Shown here: positions 8,778 through 20,456 of the stretch, piece after piece | How the letters are laid out: each line of letters starts with the position of its first letter | Numbering within the stretch: the first letter of the stretch is position 1 | Assembly (NCBI RefSeq): GCF_000011325.1 | Contig: NC_003450.3 | Coordinates: 3,210,001-3,242,000, forward strand | Length of the DNA: 32,000 nucleotides | Direction of reading: 5' to 3' | Origin: Corynebacterium glutamicum ATCC 13032 | GTDB taxonomy: Bacteria > Actinomycetota > Actinomycetes > Mycobacteriales > Mycobacteriaceae | Notes under the pieces: model-generated | The model's input: only the letters and a program-made list of their open reading frames with translations | Database searches by the model: none | Told to the model about the DNA's origin: nothing | Translations under genes and position numbers: made by a program

Positions 8778-9704
8778 ATGAACCGCACACTCCGAACACT
8801 TGGCTGGCTTGCTGCCGTAATTCAAGAAGATCCGGAGCCCTGGTTCACCACTGATCCCGACACCGATTATGTCCCTTATGTAAATAGTTTCTCATTTGAA
8901 TCCCTTTCCCTCGTTCCAGATGCTCTGATGCTGCTCAAACGTTCTCTTCACCTTGCGATGGAGCAACAGGACCTCCCAGTGAAGGATCTACAAGAAGCAC
9001 TGAGGCACGTACTAGTTTTCAAATTCCACTTCAGGGAAGAATGGGAGCTGGAATTAGCATGGGACTCCGAGCGGACCAAGTCTGCGGTGAGAATTATTGA
9101 GAGCACAAAAGAATCTCTTGCCGATCAATACAGAGATTACAAATACGCATTCTTGCCTGAGCTAATTTTCCAGGAATCACGCGGGATCTTTGACTTTGAG
9201 CTGGAGGGATACACCCTCAAAGTAGGACAAAGCACGCTTTCCATTCCTTGGGACATGATCGCCAATGGTTATGTCCCTGCAAGTCTTCGGAATTTTGGAG
9301 AATTAATGGACCGTGACACCGGAGATCTTGATGCAGATCCCATTCTGAGACCTCGAGAACTCAAATTTGAGATCCATAATTGTCCAGATCTTAATCCTTG
9401 GATAATGCGGGAAACTTTTGATTTCATGATGGAAATCGCAACTGAAACAGGATGGTTCCATGCTCTCAACCCCGCATATAATTCCGTCTACACCTACGAT
9501 CTTATTTCTCGCATGCCAGATTTCCTTGTTGAAGGGAGCTTTCGTCCGCATTCAGTGAAACGATCTTGGGAAAAAATTCAAAAGATAGCTAAAGCTGTTG
9601 AGTCTTATGCATCTCACGATTACTGCATGTCAACGCTGACACATGACTACAGGGCAATCGAGTTATCCCTGACGCCTACAAAAACTGAGGAACCAAGCAC
9701 ATAA
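8778..9704 (+). CDS. Hypothetical cytoplasmic protein (orphan, acidic, no recognisable domain)
   Basis: 308-aa ORF with no TM or signal sequence and no motif I recognise. Three 60-nt lines sampled by eye give about 35-50 percent GC, visibly lower than the flanking genes. SD is weak. Confidence 0.55.
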   Translation: MNRTLRTLGWLAAVIQEDPEPWFTTDPDTDYVPYVNSFSFESLSLVPDALMLLKRSLHLAMEQQDLPVKDLQEALRHVLVFKFHFREEWELELAWDSERTKSAVRIIESTKESLADQYRDYKYAFLPELIFQESRGIFDFELEGYTLKVGQSTLSIPWDMIANGYVPASLRNFGELMDRDTGDLDADPILRPRELKFEIHNCPDLNPWIMRETFDFMMEIATETGWFHALNPAYNSVYTYDLISRMPDFLVEGSFRPHSVKRSWEKIQKIAKAVESYASHDYCMSTLTHDYRAIELSLTPTKTEEPST

Positions 9705-9775
9705 GAAAACCTCGCCTGCCCACTAATCACAAAGCGGGCCGGCGCGGCTTCTAGGGGAATCTAAACCGAGGGGGA

Positions 9776-12634
9776 TTACTTCACCACAAGGTTAACCATG
9801 CGTCCTGGAACAACGATCTGCTTGATCAGGTTCTTGCCGGAGATTTGCTCCTGCACCTTCTCGTCGGCAAGCGCTGCCTCGATGACCTGCTCCTGGCTGG
9901 CGTCGGCTGCAACGGTGATGCGACCGCGGACCTTGCCGTTGACCTGGACTGGCAGTTCGATTTCATCGTCGGTGAGCCATTTTTCCTCAAAGGTGGGGAA
10001 TGGTTCGTAGGTGACGGTGTCGTCGTGGCCGAGCTTCTTCCAGAGTTCCTCCGCGATGTGTGGTGCGATAGGGGAGACCATGACGATCAGTGGCAGGACT
10101 GCGCCAGCTGGGATGGTGTCTGGGTATGTTTTGGTCAGGTAGTTGACGTATTCGATGAGCTTGGCAACCACGGTGTTAACGCGCAAGTTGGTGTAGTCGT
10201 CGCGGACGCCTGCGATGGTGCGGTGCAGTTGCTTGTTGTCATCGTCGGTGAGGACTTCATCGCGAGTGAGCACTTCGCCGGTGTTTTCATCGACGACGAG
10301 ACGCCACAGACGCTGGAGGAAGCGCTGCGCACCGACGACGTCCTTGGTTGCCCATGGACGGGAGGTGTCCAAAGGTCCCATGGCCATCTCGTAAACGCGC
10401 AGGGTGTCAGCACCGAAGTTGTTGCAGATATCGTCTGGGGCAACGGCGTTCTTCAGGGACTTGCCCATCTTTCCGTATTCCTGGTTGACTTCTTCGCCCT
10501 GGTAGAAGAACTTTCCGTCCTTCTCTTCGACATCATCGGCAGGCACGTAGACGCCACGGGAATCGGTGTAGGCGAAGGCCTGGATGTAGCCCTGGTTGTA
10601 CAGGCGACGGTATGGCTCCTTGGAGGAGACGTGGCCCAGGTCGAAGAGGACCTTGTGCCAGAAACGTGCGTAGAGCAGGTGGAGAACTGCGTGCTCGACG
10701 CCACCGACGTAGAGGTCTACGCCGCCTGGATCGTTTGGTCCGTGGGTTTCTGGGCGTGGGCCGGTCCAGTAGCGTTCATTTTCGATGTTGCAGAACTGCT
10801 CATCGTTGCTTGGATCGACGTAGCGCAGCTGGTACCAGGAGGAACCTGCCCACTGTGGCATGACGTTGGTGTCGCGGGTGTACTTCTTCTTGCCATCGCC
10901 GAGATCGAGTTCCACCTCAACCCATTCGCGGGCCTTAGCCAGTGGTGGGGAAGGCTCGGAGTCTGCGTCTTCAGGGTCGAAGGAGACAGGCTTGTAGTCC
11001 TCTACCTCTGGCAGCTCGACTGGAAGCATGGAGTCTGGCAGAGCATGTGCTTGGCCGTTTTCGTCGTAGACGATTGGGAAAGGCTCGCCCCAGTAACGCT
11101 GGCGAGCGAACAGCCAGTCGCGCAGCTTGTACTGGATGGTGCCGCGGCCAAGTTCCTTTTCTTCCAACCATTCGATGGTCTTGGCAATAGCCTCATCCTT
11201 GGCAAGGCCGTTGATATCCAGGCCGTTGTCGTTCGCAGAGTTGACTGCTTCGCCAGATTCGGTGAAAGCAGCCTCTTCGATGTTGCCACCTGCGACAACT
11301 TCCTTGATAGGCAGACCCAAAACGGTGGCGAATTCGTAGTCGCGCTCGTCGTGAGCAGGAACCGCCATGATGGCGCCGGTGCCGTAGCCGGTCAGAACGT
11401 AGTCAGCGATGAACACTGTGATCTGATCGCCGTTGACTGGGTTGGTCGCGTAAACGCCCAGGAAGACGCCGGTCTTTTCCTTGTTTTCCTGACGCTCCAG
11501 GTCGGACTTCGCGGCGATGGAGGCGCGGTATGCAGCGACAGCTTCCGCAGGGCTCGCCTGGCCATTGGTCCAACGGGCATCAACGCCCTCGTAGGAACCA
11601 GCCTTCTCCAGCAGCACGTCGACCAGCTCATGCTCAGGTGCAAGAACCATGTAGGTCGCGCCGAACAGAGTATCTGGGCGGGTGGTAAACACGGTGACGG
11701 TTTCGCCCTCTGCACTGAAATCAACTTCAGCGCCGCGGGAACGGCCAATCCAGTTACGCTGCATGGACTTGACCTTCTCAGTCCAATCGAGCAGCTCCAG
11801 ATCATCGATCAGACGATCCGAGTACGCGGTAATGCGCATCATCCACTGGGACAAATTCTTACGGAAAACAGGGAAATTGCCACGCTCGGAACGGCCGTCC
11901 GCGGTCACTTCCTCGTTTGCCAACACGGTGCCCAAGCCTGGGCACCAGTTCACGGTGGAGTTCGAGCGATAAACAAGGCGGTAGTCATCCACCGCTTTTT
12001 GCTTTTCGACGTCTCCCAGCGCGTTGTAATCCGCCCCGTCCTTAGTCTTCAGCTCGCCGGACTCCAGCAACGGAATCAGCTCACTGATGGGACGTGCCTT
12101 CTGCTGCTCTGCATCGAACCACGAATTGAAAATCTGCAGGAAGATCCACTGAGTCCACTTGTAGAACTCAGGATCCGTGGTGGCCACCGCACGACGGGAA
12201 TCATGGCCAAGACCCAGCGCACCGAGCTGGCGCTTCATGTTCTCAATGTTGGCCATGGTGGTGGTGCGTGGGTGTGTACCGGTTTGGATCGCGTACTGCT
12301 CTGCTGGCAGTCCGAAGGCGTCATAGCCCAAGGTGTGCAGAACGTTCTTGCCCAGCATGCGGTTGTAGCGGGCGAAAACATCCGTTGCGATGTAACCGAG
12401 TGGGTGGCCTACGTGCAGGCCAGCTCCGGATGGGTACGGGAACATATCCTGGACAAAGAGCTTGTCCTCAGGAAGTGCTTTACCGTCCGCAGGCGCTAAA
12501 TCACCCACTGGGTTGGGTGCGTTGAATGTGCCGTTGTCAGTCCAGTAATTCTGCCACTCACCTTCGATCTTGTTGGCGAGTTCCGGGGTATAACGGAACG
12601 CCAGGGGAGTGGTGCCTTCGCTCGGGTTAGTCAT
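9776..12634 (-). CDS. leuS: Leucine--tRNA ligase
   Basis: The track ORF runs to 12841, but homology begins at [31 protein letters not shown] (ATG 12634). Class-I signatures are present: HVGHPLGY (HIGH) and KMGKSLKN (KMSKS). There is a CP1 editing domain. 952 aa. Confidence 0.97.
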   Translation of the reverse strand: MTNPSEGTTPLAFRYTPELANKIEGEWQNYWTDNGTFNAPNPVGDLAPADGKALPEDKLFVQDMFPYPSGAGLHVGHPLGYIATDVFARYNRMLGKNVLHTLGYDAFGLPAEQYAIQTGTHPRTTTMANIENMKRQLGALGLGHDSRRAVATTDPEFYKWTQWIFLQIFNSWFDAEQQKARPISELIPLLESGELKTKDGADYNALGDVEKQKAVDDYRLVYRSNSTVNWCPGLGTVLANEEVTADGRSERGNFPVFRKNLSQWMMRITAYSDRLIDDLELLDWTEKVKSMQRNWIGRSRGAEVDFSAEGETVTVFTTRPDTLFGATYMVLAPEHELVDVLLEKAGSYEGVDARWTNGQASPAEAVAAYRASIAAKSDLERQENKEKTGVFLGVYATNPVNGDQITVFIADYVLTGYGTGAIMAVPAHDERDYEFATVLGLPIKEVVAGGNIEEAAFTESGEAVNSANDNGLDINGLAKDEAIAKTIEWLEEKELGRGTIQYKLRDWLFARQRYWGEPFPIVYDENGQAHALPDSMLPVELPEVEDYKPVSFDPEDADSEPSPPLAKAREWVEVELDLGDGKKKYTRDTNVMPQWAGSSWYQLRYVDPSNDEQFCNIENERYWTGPRPETHGPNDPGGVDLYVGGVEHAVLHLLYARFWHKVLFDLGHVSSKEPYRRLYNQGYIQAFAYTDSRGVYVPADDVEEKDGKFFYQGEEVNQEYGKMGKSLKNAVAPDDICNNFGADTLRVYEMAMGPLDTSRPWATKDVVGAQRFLQRLWRLVVDENTGEVLTRDEVLTDDDNKQLHRTIAGVRDDYTNLRVNTVVAKLIEYVNYLTKTYPDTIPAGAVLPLIVMVSPIAPHIAEELWKKLGHDDTVTYEPFPTFEEKWLTDDEIELPVQVNGKVRGRITVAADASQEQVIEAALADEKVQEQISGKNLIKQIVVPGRMVNLVVK

Positions 12635-12722
12635 GGTTAAACAGTGTAGTAGGTACACGGGACATCTCATGTGTGGAGGGCAATTCTTCCTCCCCTCAAT
12701 AAGTAGATAGACTTGAAGAATT

Positions 12723-13154
12723 ATGTGGAAACCACTGCTTATCGCCGTCGGACTGCTCAGTCTTGTCTGCGGAGCAATCGGCGTTGTATTGCCAGTTATC
12801 CCCACGACTCCGTTTTTATTGCTGAGTGCTTTCTGTTTCACGCGCAGCTCAGAGCGGTTGCATAATTACCTGGTCTCGCACCGAATCTTTGGCGAGTACA
12901 TCTCCAATTACTACAACCACGCGATGACCCCGCAGCATAAATTCCGCACACTTTTGACACTGTGGTGCGGAATTATCCTTTCCTGCTTCCTCATCGGGGC
13001 AACCATTCCGTGGATCATCTTGCCGCTGATTGCCACCGGCGTGAGCATCCACATCATTCGTTTGAAGCCCCGACCAGAGGCGACTCCTACTGCGAGCTCT
13101 CCTGAAGCGGATTCAGGGTCCGAGCCACATTTTGCTGACGATCATAAGGCTTGA
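12723..13154 (+). CDS. DUF454 (YbaN-like) inner-membrane protein
   Basis: 143 aa. The N-terminal [34 protein letters not shown] is the DUF454/YbaN signature. The last 68 nt overlap the convergent HigA gene. Confidence 0.8.
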   Translation: MWKPLLIAVGLLSLVCGAIGVVLPVIPTTPFLLLSAFCFTRSSERLHNYLVSHRIFGEYISNYYNHAMTPQHKFRTLLTLWCGIILSCFLIGATIPWIILPLIATGVSIHIIRLKPRPEATPTASSPEADSGSEPHFADDHKA

Positions 13155-13467
13155 TCGCTTCCAACAGTGTGCGCGCATCTAAATACGTCACCGACAGGTC
13201 GTAGTGGGTCTGCAAGTTGAGCCAAAACTGTGGATCGGGACCTAAATAAGCAGCTAAACGCAGCGCAGTGTCTGCCGTGATTGCGCGTTTGCCGTGCACG
13301 ATCTCATTAATCCTGCGTGGTGGCACTCCTATTGCCCGCGCCAAGCCGTTTTGGGACAGCCCCAAAGGCTCCATGAATTCCTCACGGAGGATCTCTCCCG
13401 GCATCACTGGCCGGTCATTGTTGTTGCGTTCGCCTGCGTCCTGCACCGGCATATCGCCCCCAGTCAT
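13087..13467 (-). CDS. higA: HigA/VapI-type antitoxin, XRE-family HTH (solitary)
   Basis: PGEILREEFMEPLGLSQNGLARAIGVPPRRINEIVHGKRAITADTALRLAAYLGPDPQFWLNLQTHYDL is the canonical HigA HTH core. The start is ambiguous: ATG 13467, 13452 (GGGGG SD-like) or 13404. Confidence 0.8.
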   Translation of the reverse strand: MTGGDMPVQDAGERNNNDRPVMPGEILREEFMEPLGLSQNGLARAIGVPPRRINEIVHGKRAITADTALRLAAYLGPDPQFWLNLQTHYDLSVTYLDARTLLEAIKPYDRQQNVARTLNPLQESSQ

Positions 13468-13547
13468 TTTCTAGTTGAGATTCATTATCATAACGCTTGA
13501 CAGTACAACTATGTCGCATGGGGTACCTTCAGCGTGTTAACTGCAAA

Positions 13548-13605
13548 ATGACGCATTGCGTCATACCCCAAAATCATCTTCCTTACCTATGACGCAATAC
13601 GTTAT
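13548..13605. promoter_or_regulatory. Pair of related palindromes upstream of higA (candidate HigA operators)
   Basis: ATGACGCA-t-TGCGTCAT (13548-13564) has 8-bp perfect arms. ATGACGCAATACGTTAT (13589-13605) is a degenerate copy. Their centres are 41 bp apart, 80-140 bp upstream of the higA start. Confidence 0.35.
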
Positions 13606-13931
13606 GGGTAAGGGAATCACACCTTGGAACACCTAGTAGCGAAAGTGATTTTTTACAGGTTTACATCCCGAAAACCGACCCAAAAAAATTCCGAGAAAAT
13701 CCCATCCTTGATCCAGTCATGGATACGGCACCCCCCTTTTTTTTAAGGCGCCTTTGAACAAGTTCCCGCCCGCGGTTTAAAATTCCCCAACCCAAAATTT
13801 TTTAGAAAATAAGCCAAAAAGTAACCCCTCAGTTTCGCCCCTGCCACCCAAACAGAGACCAACCCATGCCAATAGTCATTTGATGGATCCCAAAGCCTTA
13901 AAACGCCAATGAAGGCCGATTTCAGTGAAAG

Positions 13932-13974
13932 AGATAAAAAATGACCACATTCCCGCAAAGGAACATGGTCATTT
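13932..13974 (-). terminator. Probable terminator of the nagIKL operon
   Basis: Located 15 nt after the nagL stop. AAATGACCA (13939-13947) pairs with TGGTCATTT (13966-13974), and inner TTCC pairs with GGAA, with a 6-nt loop. A T-run follows on the minus strand (A36-A41 on plus) but is partly consumed by the stem. Confidence 0.5.
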
Positions 13975-13989
13975 AAGAATGTGTGGAAA

Positions 13990-14715
13990 CTACAGCCAGC
14001 GCGGTGGCTCTGGAACCTCTCCAGTGGAAGAAGTGACTCCATCGGAACCGCGGCCAGCGGCGTAGCGAACAATGCCTGCAAGGCTACCGGACACTACTAC
14101 CTCGTCCTGCCCTGGGGCGGCGGGGTAGCGAGTGCTGGAGGGCTCGTCGAGAAGCACAAGTCCCTCGCCGGCTCCTTGGCTTGTCCACTTTTGTGTGATT
14201 TCTGCAGCTAAGGTGCGCAGGATGACCTCTGGGATGTCGCCAAAGGTTGCCACTGCACCGAGGTCAACTGCGTGGATCCAGACTTCGCGGGAACGCATCC
14301 ACAATGTTTCACTAGCTGGGACAGTGCGTCCCTGAGCTGTCAGAACCTCGTGTGACCAAGCATCTTCAGACGTTTCACGCCAAGCCACGTCCAGGCGTGC
14401 GACGGAGTGTTCATGCAGGTTACGCAACGCATCGGGATTGAGCGTGGAACCGTAGGCAATTTCCTCGTTGCGCGCTTCTGGCGACACGTACATTGGGGTT
14501 TCCTCACCAGTATTTGCCCAGTGCATGAGGTTGCACAGTGCGATGGCGTTGTATGCCACGTGGGCAATGAGGTGGGAACGAGTCCACCCTTCTAGCAGGG
14601 AATGCTCGCCGAACTCAGCGTTGTCCACGAGGGAGAGCTGACGGGAGTAGTGGGATGTGCCCAACCTGGCCAGTGTCAGCCGCTCCTCCAGCGGAAGATC
14701 GTGGAAAGTTGTCAT
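13990..14715 (-). CDS. nagL: Mycothiol-dependent maleylpyruvate isomerase
   Basis: 241 aa. It has the DinB/MDMPI N-terminal domain (SHLIAHVAYNAIALCNLMHWA) and is the last gene of the gentisate operon. Its ATG directly abuts the nagK stop (TAAATG). Also called genM. Confidence 0.9.
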   Translation of the reverse strand: MTTFHDLPLEERLTLARLGTSHYSRQLSLVDNAEFGEHSLLEGWTRSHLIAHVAYNAIALCNLMHWANTGEETPMYVSPEARNEEIAYGSTLNPDALRNLHEHSVARLDVAWRETSEDAWSHEVLTAQGRTVPASETLWMRSREVWIHAVDLGAVATFGDIPEVILRTLAAEITQKWTSQGAGEGLVLLDEPSSTRYPAAPGQDEVVVSGSLAGIVRYAAGRGSDGVTSSTGEVPEPPRWL

Positions 14716-16688
<1,973 letters not shown>

Positions 16689-16836
16689 TGTTGGAGTCCT
16701 CCTTTACGGATGTTGTAGATGCGTATGAAGGGTGTGATTGCCCTTGAGATAAGCAATCCCCAACACCTGCATACGTCTAGCCCTTGAAGTGTTTGTGACT
16801 TCGAACATATTGGGCTTTGAAAGGTGACTCAAGATA

Positions 16837-16874
16837 ATTCCGCTATGTGGAATCTAAGTATTCCCCTCAGGAAA
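16837..16874. promoter_or_regulatory. Two GenR-type operator palindromes in the nagI promoter region
   Basis: ATTCC-gctatgt-GGAAT (16837-16853) and ATTCC-cctca-GGAAa (16860-16874). They fit the ATTCC-N7(5)-GGAAT GenR consensus that I recall from the literature. Confidence 0.5.
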
Positions 16875-16907
16875 CGGGGGTGTGACAGCTCTGAAAATTC
16901 CCCCCAT

Positions 16908-17690
16908 TCACCCTTTTTCGGGCACTCGGTAATCAGCTAAAGCCTTGTTCAGATCCCGCATATGTCGTTCCAAAACCTGCACCGCCTTCGGATAGACCTC
17001 CCGGAACCGATTCGACGGCACAGCCACTGTAATTGCACCTAAAACATCACCCACATCGTTGAGTAAAGGCTCCGCAACTGCACTAACGTCCTGCTCAAAG
17101 AAGCCAAAGTTTGCGCCATGGCCTCGATCCCGGGTCCTGCGAAGACGCTTTCTTAAATTCTCAAATTCCTCATCGCCCAGGCTGGAATACAGTGCCCGAA
17201 GCTCCCGGGCTGACATCTCTGCAAGCATCACTAATCCACCTGAATTTTGGATGGCGGGCATGACTTGACCTCGGCGATTGCCCACGCGCACCGGCAGGGA
17301 ACCTTCAACACTGTGAATAAAGTGAACGCTATCTCCCTGCAGAATCACCAAGTGGGTTGTTTCGCCAGTTTCCTTGCCGATTGATTCCATGTAGTGGCTG
17401 CATTTTTTCGTCAAGTCAGCGCCAAGGCCTGGCTGCAGCGCGGAGGTCGCCAATGCAGAGCCTGGAAGGTAGGTGCGGGACTCGCTTCTGACTGCAAAAC
17501 CCCGGTAGACCAGCATTGACATGGATCGATGGATCGTAGACGCGCCCACCCCAAGGGTTTCGGCGGCACCGGAAATGGTCAAACTTCCAGAGTCACGGAG
17601 CAGCAAAATGAGCTGCAATGCAATGTCGACAGAGCTTAGAAATTCTTTCGGGGGTAACCCCTGGGTGGGGGCGACGTTATCCATAATCAC
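16908..17690 (-). CDS. genR: IclR-family transcriptional regulator of gentisate/3-hydroxybenzoate genes
   Basis: 260 aa. N-terminal winged HTH (ISGAAETLGVGASTIHRSMSMLV) and a C-terminal IclR effector domain. It lies divergent from genK-genH and upstream of nagIKL. Confidence 0.9.
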   Translation of the reverse strand: MIMDNVAPTQGLPPKEFLSSVDIALQLILLLRDSGSLTISGAAETLGVGASTIHRSMSMLVYRGFAVRSESRTYLPGSALATSALQPGLGADLTKKCSHYMESIGKETGETTHLVILQGDSVHFIHSVEGSLPVRVGNRRGQVMPAIQNSGGLVMLAEMSARELRALYSSLGDEEFENLRKRLRRTRDRGHGANFGFFEQDVSAVAEPLLNDVGDVLGAITVAVPSNRFREVYPKAVQVLERHMRDLNKALADYRVPEKG

Positions 17691-17692
17691 TC

Positions 17693-17709
17693 TTTCCAGA
17701 TAGCGGAAT
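17693..17709. promoter_or_regulatory. Third GenR-type operator in the genR/genK divergent region
   Basis: tTTCC-agatagc-GGAAT lies 3 nt upstream of the genR ATG and faces genK. Confidence 0.45.
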
Positions 17710-17724
17710 CCCTTTGATTGTAAC

Positions 17725-19083
17725 TTGGCTCACCTCGATTATGTGTTTATGACATCACACGCACCAGAATCGGGAGGACTTGTGACAGAGTCAACTCTCG
17801 GAGCATCGAATAGCTCCCAAACAATTGAAAATAAAGGCCTCACCATCTTGGGCATCAGCGGCCGACGCTTGGCTGCGGTGCTCATTGGCTGGTTTTTTGT
17901 CATTTTCGACGGCTACGACCTCATTGTGTACGGCACCGTCCAATCGGCCCTGGCTAAGGAGTGGAACTTAAGCTCTGCAACGCTGGGCACCATCGGCTCC
18001 ACCGCGTTCTTTGGCATGGCGATCGGCGCTGTGTTCATTGGTCGACTGTCAGACCGCGTGGGCCGAAAAGCAGCGGTGATTGGATCCGTGCTGATTCTCT
18101 CTGTCTTCACCATGCTGTGTGCATTTGCTCCAAACCCATGGGTGTTCGGCGCTTTCCGTTTCATCGCAGGCCTTGGTCTGGGCGGCTTGGTGCCTTCAGT
18201 TAATGCGATGACCTCTGATTTGGTTCCACGTAAGACCATGTCAGCGTGGGCAACGGTGATGATGTCGGGCGTTCCCATCGGTGGTTCTATCGCGGCTGTG
18301 CTGGCACTTGTGGTTGTTCCTTCCTCGGAGGAGTGGGGCTGGCGCTTCATGTTCCTCATCGCGTTGATCCCACTGGTTGTCGGCTTGCCGATCGCCATGA
18401 AGGTCATTCCTTCCGATAAGGCCATCAAGGCGGATCACGACATTAGAGAAGGCCACGATGAGCCAGCAGGTTTCAAGGATCTGCTTGTCGATCGCTACCG
18501 CTGGATCTCCATTTGGTTCGCGCTCGCCACATTTGTCACCCTGCTCGCGTGGTACGGACTGGGCACATGGTTGCCTCGCCTCATGGAAACTGCAGGTTAT
18601 GAGTTCGGCCATGCATTGATGTTCACCCTGGCTCTGAACCTCGGTGCAGTGATCGGATCCGTGGTTACTGCGTGGGCCGGCGATCGCTTCGGGCCAATCC
18701 GTTCCGGTGTCATCGCTGCAGGTATCGCCGGTATTGCACTGCTCCTGCTGCTCACTTACCCGCCTGTCACCGCGGTTTATGTCATTCTCATTTTGGCTGG
18801 CGTGGGCACCCACGGCACTCAGATCCTCATCATTGCAGCTGTCGCCAACTTCTACCCAAGCAACCTGCGTGGCACAGCACTGGGCTGGGCGCTAGGTGTA
18901 GGTCGTATTGGTGCTGTTGTGGCCCCGCAGCTCGCTGGCCTGCTGCTGGCATGGAACTTGGGCGTGAACTCCAACTTCATCATGTTCGGCACCGCTGCGC
19001 TGCTCTCTGCGCTGGCTCTCAGCGTGTTGCTGCGCCTGCAGAAAACCTACAGCGTCACCCACAAAGTCGAAATCCAAGGCTAA
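17725..19083 (+). CDS. genK: MFS aromatic-acid:H+ symporter (gentisate transporter)
   Basis: 12-TM MFS with GRLSDRVGRK loop motif. The track start TTG 17725 sits only 15 nt from the operator. Alternative in-frame starts are ATG 17749 and GTG 17782; the latter has a GGGAGGA SD 4 nt upstream and may be the true start. Confidence 0.88.
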   Translation: MAHLDYVFMTSHAPESGGLVTESTLGASNSSQTIENKGLTILGISGRRLAAVLIGWFFVIFDGYDLIVYGTVQSALAKEWNLSSATLGTIGSTAFFGMAIGAVFIGRLSDRVGRKAAVIGSVLILSVFTMLCAFAPNPWVFGAFRFIAGLGLGGLVPSVNAMTSDLVPRKTMSAWATVMMSGVPIGGSIAAVLALVVVPSSEEWGWRFMFLIALIPLVVGLPIAMKVIPSDKAIKADHDIREGHDEPAGFKDLLVDRYRWISIWFALATFVTLLAWYGLGTWLPRLMETAGYEFGHALMFTLALNLGAVIGSVVTAWAGDRFGPIRSGVIAAGIAGIALLLLLTYPPVTAVYVILILAGVGTHGTQILIIAAVANFYPSNLRGTALGWALGVGRIGAVVAPQLAGLLLAWNLGVNSNFIMFGTAALLSALALSVLLRLQKTYSVTHKVEIQG

Positions 19084-19119
19084 CCCCCTTTTTCAACTCA
19101 CAGTTAGGAAACTTCACCC

Positions 19120-20448
19120 ATGTCTCTTCCACATTCTGATGAACTCCGCGGCCAAAAGATCATTATTTCCGGTGGCGGAATTGGTGGCGCAGCAGGTGCA
19201 CTTGCGCTTGCTTTGCGCGGTGCCGATGTCACTTTGTACGAACGCGCAGCTGAGTTCAAGGAGGTCGGCGCTGGCCTCCAGATCGGTCCGCACGGCTGGC
19301 GAATGCTGGAATCCTGGGGTCTGCTCGACCAAATTGTCGTGGCCGGCTACCTCCCAGAAGACATGCAGTTCCGCGACGCTGTCAACCGCGAAACCATCCT
19401 GACCATGCGTTTCGATGAAGAATTCCAGCAGCACTACGGCGGTCGCTACCTGGTGATTCACCGCTCTGACCTGCTCAACATCCTGGTCACCAACGCCGAA
19501 GCAGCGGGCGCGAAGCTCCACAATGGCGTCCTGGTCACCGATTCCCGCACCGTCGACGGCGGTATCGAGGTGGACATCGAATCCTCCATCAACAAGGGCG
19601 AAGATAACAAGACTTTGCTTGTCGACGCCTTCCTCGCCTTCGACGGCATCCACTCGGTCATGCGCAAAAAGCTTGTCGACGACGCCCCCGTCGCCTCCTC
19701 CTACGTCGCCTACCGCGGCACCTCCAAGCTGGCAGAAGACGCCGAAATGAAGGACCTGAAATCCGTCATCGGCTACATCGGACCACACGTGCACTTCATC
19801 CAATACCCACTGCGCGGCGGAGAACTCCTCAATCAGGTCGCCGTCTTTGAATCCCAGCGTTACCTCGATGGACGCACCGCCGGCGACATCCCAGAAGACT
19901 GGGGCAACCCCGAAGAATTAGACCGCGCCTACAACCACTGCGACCCCTTCATCCAGGACCGTCTGGACACCCTGTGGCGCAACAACTGGTGGCAAATGTC
20001 CGACCGCGAGCCTCTAGAGAACTGGCGTATCGGCCGCATGTTGCTGCTTGGCGACGCCGCCCACGCACCCCTCCAGTACCTCGCCTCAGGCGCGGTCATG
20101 GCCATGGAAGACGCCGAGGCTGTCGCCCTCTTCGCTGCCGACGCTGCGCGTGCTGGCAACCTCGATTGGGAAGAGGTACTCGCAGAGGTGGAAGCTGAAC
20201 GCCGACCACGCTGCAGCCGCATCCAAACCGTAGGCCGTTTCTGGGGAGAGCTCTGGCATGTGGAAGGCACCGCACGTCTCATCCGCAACGAAGTTTTCCG
20301 CCAAGCAGACCGCAATGGCTGGTTCATCTATGCAGACTGGCTGTGGGGTTACGATGCATCCAAGCGTGCCCACATCGCCAACCCTGAGCTCGGAGAAATG
20401 CCACAAGCACTGAAGGAATGGCGCTACGCCCTCCTCGAACAGAAATAG
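19120..20448 (+). CDS. genH: 3-hydroxybenzoate 6-hydroxylase (FAD-dependent aromatic monooxygenase)
   Basis: 442 aa. Motifs [24 protein letters not shown] motif FDGIHS, and [24 protein letters not shown]. It follows genK. Confidence 0.9.
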
Positions 20449-20456
20449 CAGCCTCA

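Noticed and set aside
9845-12499. 884-aa plus-strand ORF, the longest unassigned ORF in the track
   Set aside because: It is entirely antisense to leuS, which has unmistakable class-I synthetase motifs. Its product is low-complexity (V/G/D/A-rich) with no motif. This is a typical shadow ORF of a GC-rich gene.
12635-12722. T-box or other leader upstream of leuS
   Set aside because: Only 88 bp is available. I found no specifier/T-box sequence or terminator/antiterminator pair. A TACACT -10-like hexamer 8 nt from the ATG suggests a short or leaderless 5' end instead, and even that was too weak to list as a feature.
12635-12841. 69-codon N-terminal extension of the leuS ORF
   Set aside because: Homology begins at MTNPSEG (ATG 12634). 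The extension overlaps the divergent DUF454 gene start and reads as non-protein-like sequence.
13743-14081. 112-aa minus-strand ORF reaching into the higA-nagL spacer
   Set aside because: It starts inside nagL in another frame and continues through homopolymer-rich DNA. It has no SD and no recognisable fold. I considered it as a decayed HigB, but it has none of the RelE/HigB motifs.
17913-18813. Minus-strand ORFs of 171 and 190 aa
   Set aside because: They are antisense to the MFS transporter genK.
19114-19803. 229-aa minus-strand ORF
   Set aside because: It is antisense to genH. Its product is a D/V/G-rich shadow sequence.
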